Origin: an uncultured Dehalococcoidaceae bacterium
GTDB lineage: Bacteria > Chloroflexota > Dehalococcoidia > Dehalococcoidales > RBG-16-60-22
Assembly (NCBI GenBank): GCA_964638295.1
Contig: CAZWYS010000001.1
Coordinates: forward strand, 2,144-66,143
Direction of reading: 5' to 3'
Length of the DNA: 64,000 nucleotides
Under the pieces are notes generated by a model that did not search any database, had not been told where the DNA came from, and saw only the letters and a program-made list of their open reading frames with translations. The translations under genes and the position numbers were made by a program. Shown here piece by piece: positions 62,265 through 64,000 of the stretch (positions are counted from its first letter, which is position 1; each line of letters opens with the position of its first letter).

Positions 62265-63371
62265 ATGGCACAGGATGAAGTTAAAGTAACCTGGCAACCA
62301 TTGCACCAGTTCACTAAAGAAGTATTTACACAAGCTGGCATGCCCCCGAAAGACGCGGAGACCGAGGCCGATGCGCTGATATGGGCCAACCTGAGAGGCG
62401 TGGACTCCCACGGTGTTTTGCGCATTCCATGGTATCTGGAAAACATAGATAAAGGCGTAATGAACCCGAAGCCCAATATCAAGGTGGAGAAGGAAACACC
62501 GGCAACCCTGCTCATTGAGGCCGACCGTGCCCTTGGCCCGGTGGTTACCACCTTTACCATGAATCTGGCAATAGAGAAGGCAAAGAAGATAGGTATTGGC
62601 TGGTGTATCATCCGCAATCTTACCCACCAGGGAGCCCTGGGCTTCTATTCGCTGATGGCGGCGAAGAACGACATGGCTGGAATCGCCTTCGTCTGCAGTC
62701 CGCCCAACATGGCACCTTTTGGTGCCAAGGCACCCGGCGTGCACAATAGCCCGATAGCCATCTCAGTACCGGCAAAACGCCACCGACCGCTAAATCTGGA
62801 TATGGCTACCAGTGTTGTCGCCGGTGGTAAACTCTGGCTCGCCGTTGACAAAGGCACTTCCATACCGCTGGGCTGGGCACTAGACAAGGAAGGCAAACCA
62901 ACCACTGACCCCAAGCAGGTCAGCGCCCTGCTGCCCTTTGGTGGTCCAAAAGGTTCCGGACTGGCCATGATGTTTGAGTGTCTCTCCAGCGTCATGGCAG
63001 GTAATCCAATGCTGGAGCCAGCACTTCTCGGTAAAGAAATAGGCCCTCCGGTAAAGGCTAAGGAGACCAAAGCCATCGGCGAACGCCTGAGCTATGTTCC
63101 CCGCCATATCCAGAACAGCGTGGTAGCCGCTATTGACATTGGCACCTTCACTGACGTTGAGGCTTATAAGAACCACATTGATAATACTATTGACGGTATA
63201 AAAGCCCTGCCCAAAGCCGAGGGTTTCAGTGAGATTTTCGTTCCCGGTGAGCCTGAGTGGAGAACCTACGACGACCGCTCCCAGAACGGCATTCCCCTTC
63301 CCGAGGGTACGGTCCGTAACCTGCGGAGCATTGCCGAGAGATTTAAAATTAAGCTACCCTCCGGTCTCTAA
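62265..63371 (+). CDS. Ldh2-family oxidoreductase (copy 2)
   Basis: 368 aa, colinear and highly similar to 35937..37046. Confidence 0.85.
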   Translation: MAQDEVKVTWQPLHQFTKEVFTQAGMPPKDAETEADALIWANLRGVDSHGVLRIPWYLENIDKGVMNPKPNIKVEKETPATLLIEADRALGPVVTTFTMNLAIEKAKKIGIGWCIIRNLTHQGALGFYSLMAAKNDMAGIAFVCSPPNMAPFGAKAPGVHNSPIAISVPAKRHRPLNLDMATSVVAGGKLWLAVDKGTSIPLGWALDKEGKPTTDPKQVSALLPFGGPKGSGLAMMFECLSSVMAGNPMLEPALLGKEIGPPVKAKETKAIGERLSYVPRHIQNSVVAAIDIGTFTDVEAYKNHIDNTIDGIKALPKAEGFSEIFVPGEPEWRTYDDRSQNGIPLPEGTVRNLRSIAERFKIKLPSGL

Positions 63372-63460
63372 AGCTGTGGCCGGTAAGGGGCAATTTTCAC
63401 CATGCTCGGGAAGCGAGCTCAAGCTAAGCGAATGTACCAAACAAATTAAAGGAGGTTAAG

Positions 63461-64000
63461 ATGACACTGAACGTAACCCATAACTTCAAAAAGAGACTGG
63501 CGGCGGGTGAGATAGTCTTCGGGCAGACTATCGGACCGGGCAATGACCCGGAAAAGACGGTGCAGGCGTTAAAAGATTTCGGCTTTGATTTCATCATGAT
63601 GGAAAACGAACATAGCCTGGTGAATAAGGAGACCATTTTTGAATATATTCGGGTCTCCCGGAAGCTGGATGTCCCCATTCTACTCAGACCGGAAGAAAAA
63701 AACGCCAACTTCAGGTGCTACCTTGATGCCGGTGTCAATGGATTGATGCTGCCCCAGGTTAACACCGTGGAAGAAGCGCTCTTTGCCGTTAATCAGTCCT
63801 ATTTCCCACCCATCGGGCATAGAGGGACAGGAATCGGGATGAGCCCCTACTTGCTTGACTTCCAGAATCTGGCCGAGATGCCTTTGCTTGATATAACCGA
63901 ATACGTTAATAACAACGTGGTGCTCTTCCCGCAAACAGAAACCGTGGAGTGCATCAACAACTTGCATCGCATTCTGAAACTGGACGGTATCACCGGGACA
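63461..64000 (+). CDS. HpcH/HpaI-family aldolase (3' end outside window)
   Basis: AGGAGG 5 nt upstream of ATG 63461. The frame is open to the window end (180 codons). ..GFDFIMMENEHS.., ..LRPEE.., ..GVNGLMLPQVNT.EEA.. fit the class II aldolase/citrate-lyase-beta fold. Not in the ORF track because no stop is seen. Confidence 0.75.
   Translation, partial: MTLNVTHNFKKRLAAGEIVFGQTIGPGNDPEKTVQALKDFGFDFIMMENEHSLVNKETIFEYIRVSRKLDVPILLRPEEKNANFRCYLDAGVNGLMLPQVNTVEEALFAVNQSYFPPIGHRGTGIGMSPYLLDFQNLAEMPLLDITEYVNNNVVLFPQTETVECINNLHRILKLDGITGT

Overview
This 64-kb window is a gene-dense bacterial chromosomal segment (about 75 genes, strong AGGAGG-type Shine-Dalgarno sites, frequent TTG/GTG starts). Its gene content suggests an anaerobic Chloroflexota/Dehalococcoidia-like organism, but that is inference only; no database search was possible and every family call rests on motif recognition.

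Layout:
- 1-11.3 kb: housekeeping genes (efp, clpP, tig, aspS, a 2-oxoacid dehydrogenase E1 alpha/beta pair).
- 11.5-22.7 kb: transporters and a redox/iron block. It holds thioredoxin reductase, an unannotated UGA-recoded (selenocysteine) glutaredoxin-like gene, a two-gene SufC/SufB-type Fe-S system embedded among four ferritin/rubrerythrin-like genes and a Rieske protein, and HtrA.
- 22.9-33.9 kb: an accessory segment bracketed by tRNA-Val(TAC) and tRNA-Glu(CTC). It is dominated by a three-gene type-IV-pilin-like cluster with two giant proteins (1587 and 1423 aa) built from DUF2341-like and LamG-like modules. These genes carry long near-identical DNA repeats, and the second giant protein has nested domain insertions.
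- 33.9-42.2 kb: a segment bounded by an exact 22-nt repeat of the tRNA-Glu 3' end. It holds a 1.1-kb gene-poor stretch rich in TAAC/GTTA motifs, NHL and Ldh2 genes, a TRAP transporter and an IS110-family transposase with a long structured leader.
- 42.3-64 kb: a large catabolic cluster. It includes two split UxaA-like dehydratases, a LarA-like enzyme, an FAD oxidoreductase, E1 alpha/beta plus E2, an enolase-superfamily enzyme, crotonase, acyl-CoA dehydrogenase, a four-subunit 2-oxoacid:ferredoxin oxidoreductase, second NHL and Ldh2 copies, and an HpcH-type aldolase.

I saw no rRNA, CRISPR array, phage structural genes or recognisable defence genes. The best candidates for something new are the giant pilin-like adhesin cluster with its recombining cassettes and the selenoprotein glutaredoxin.
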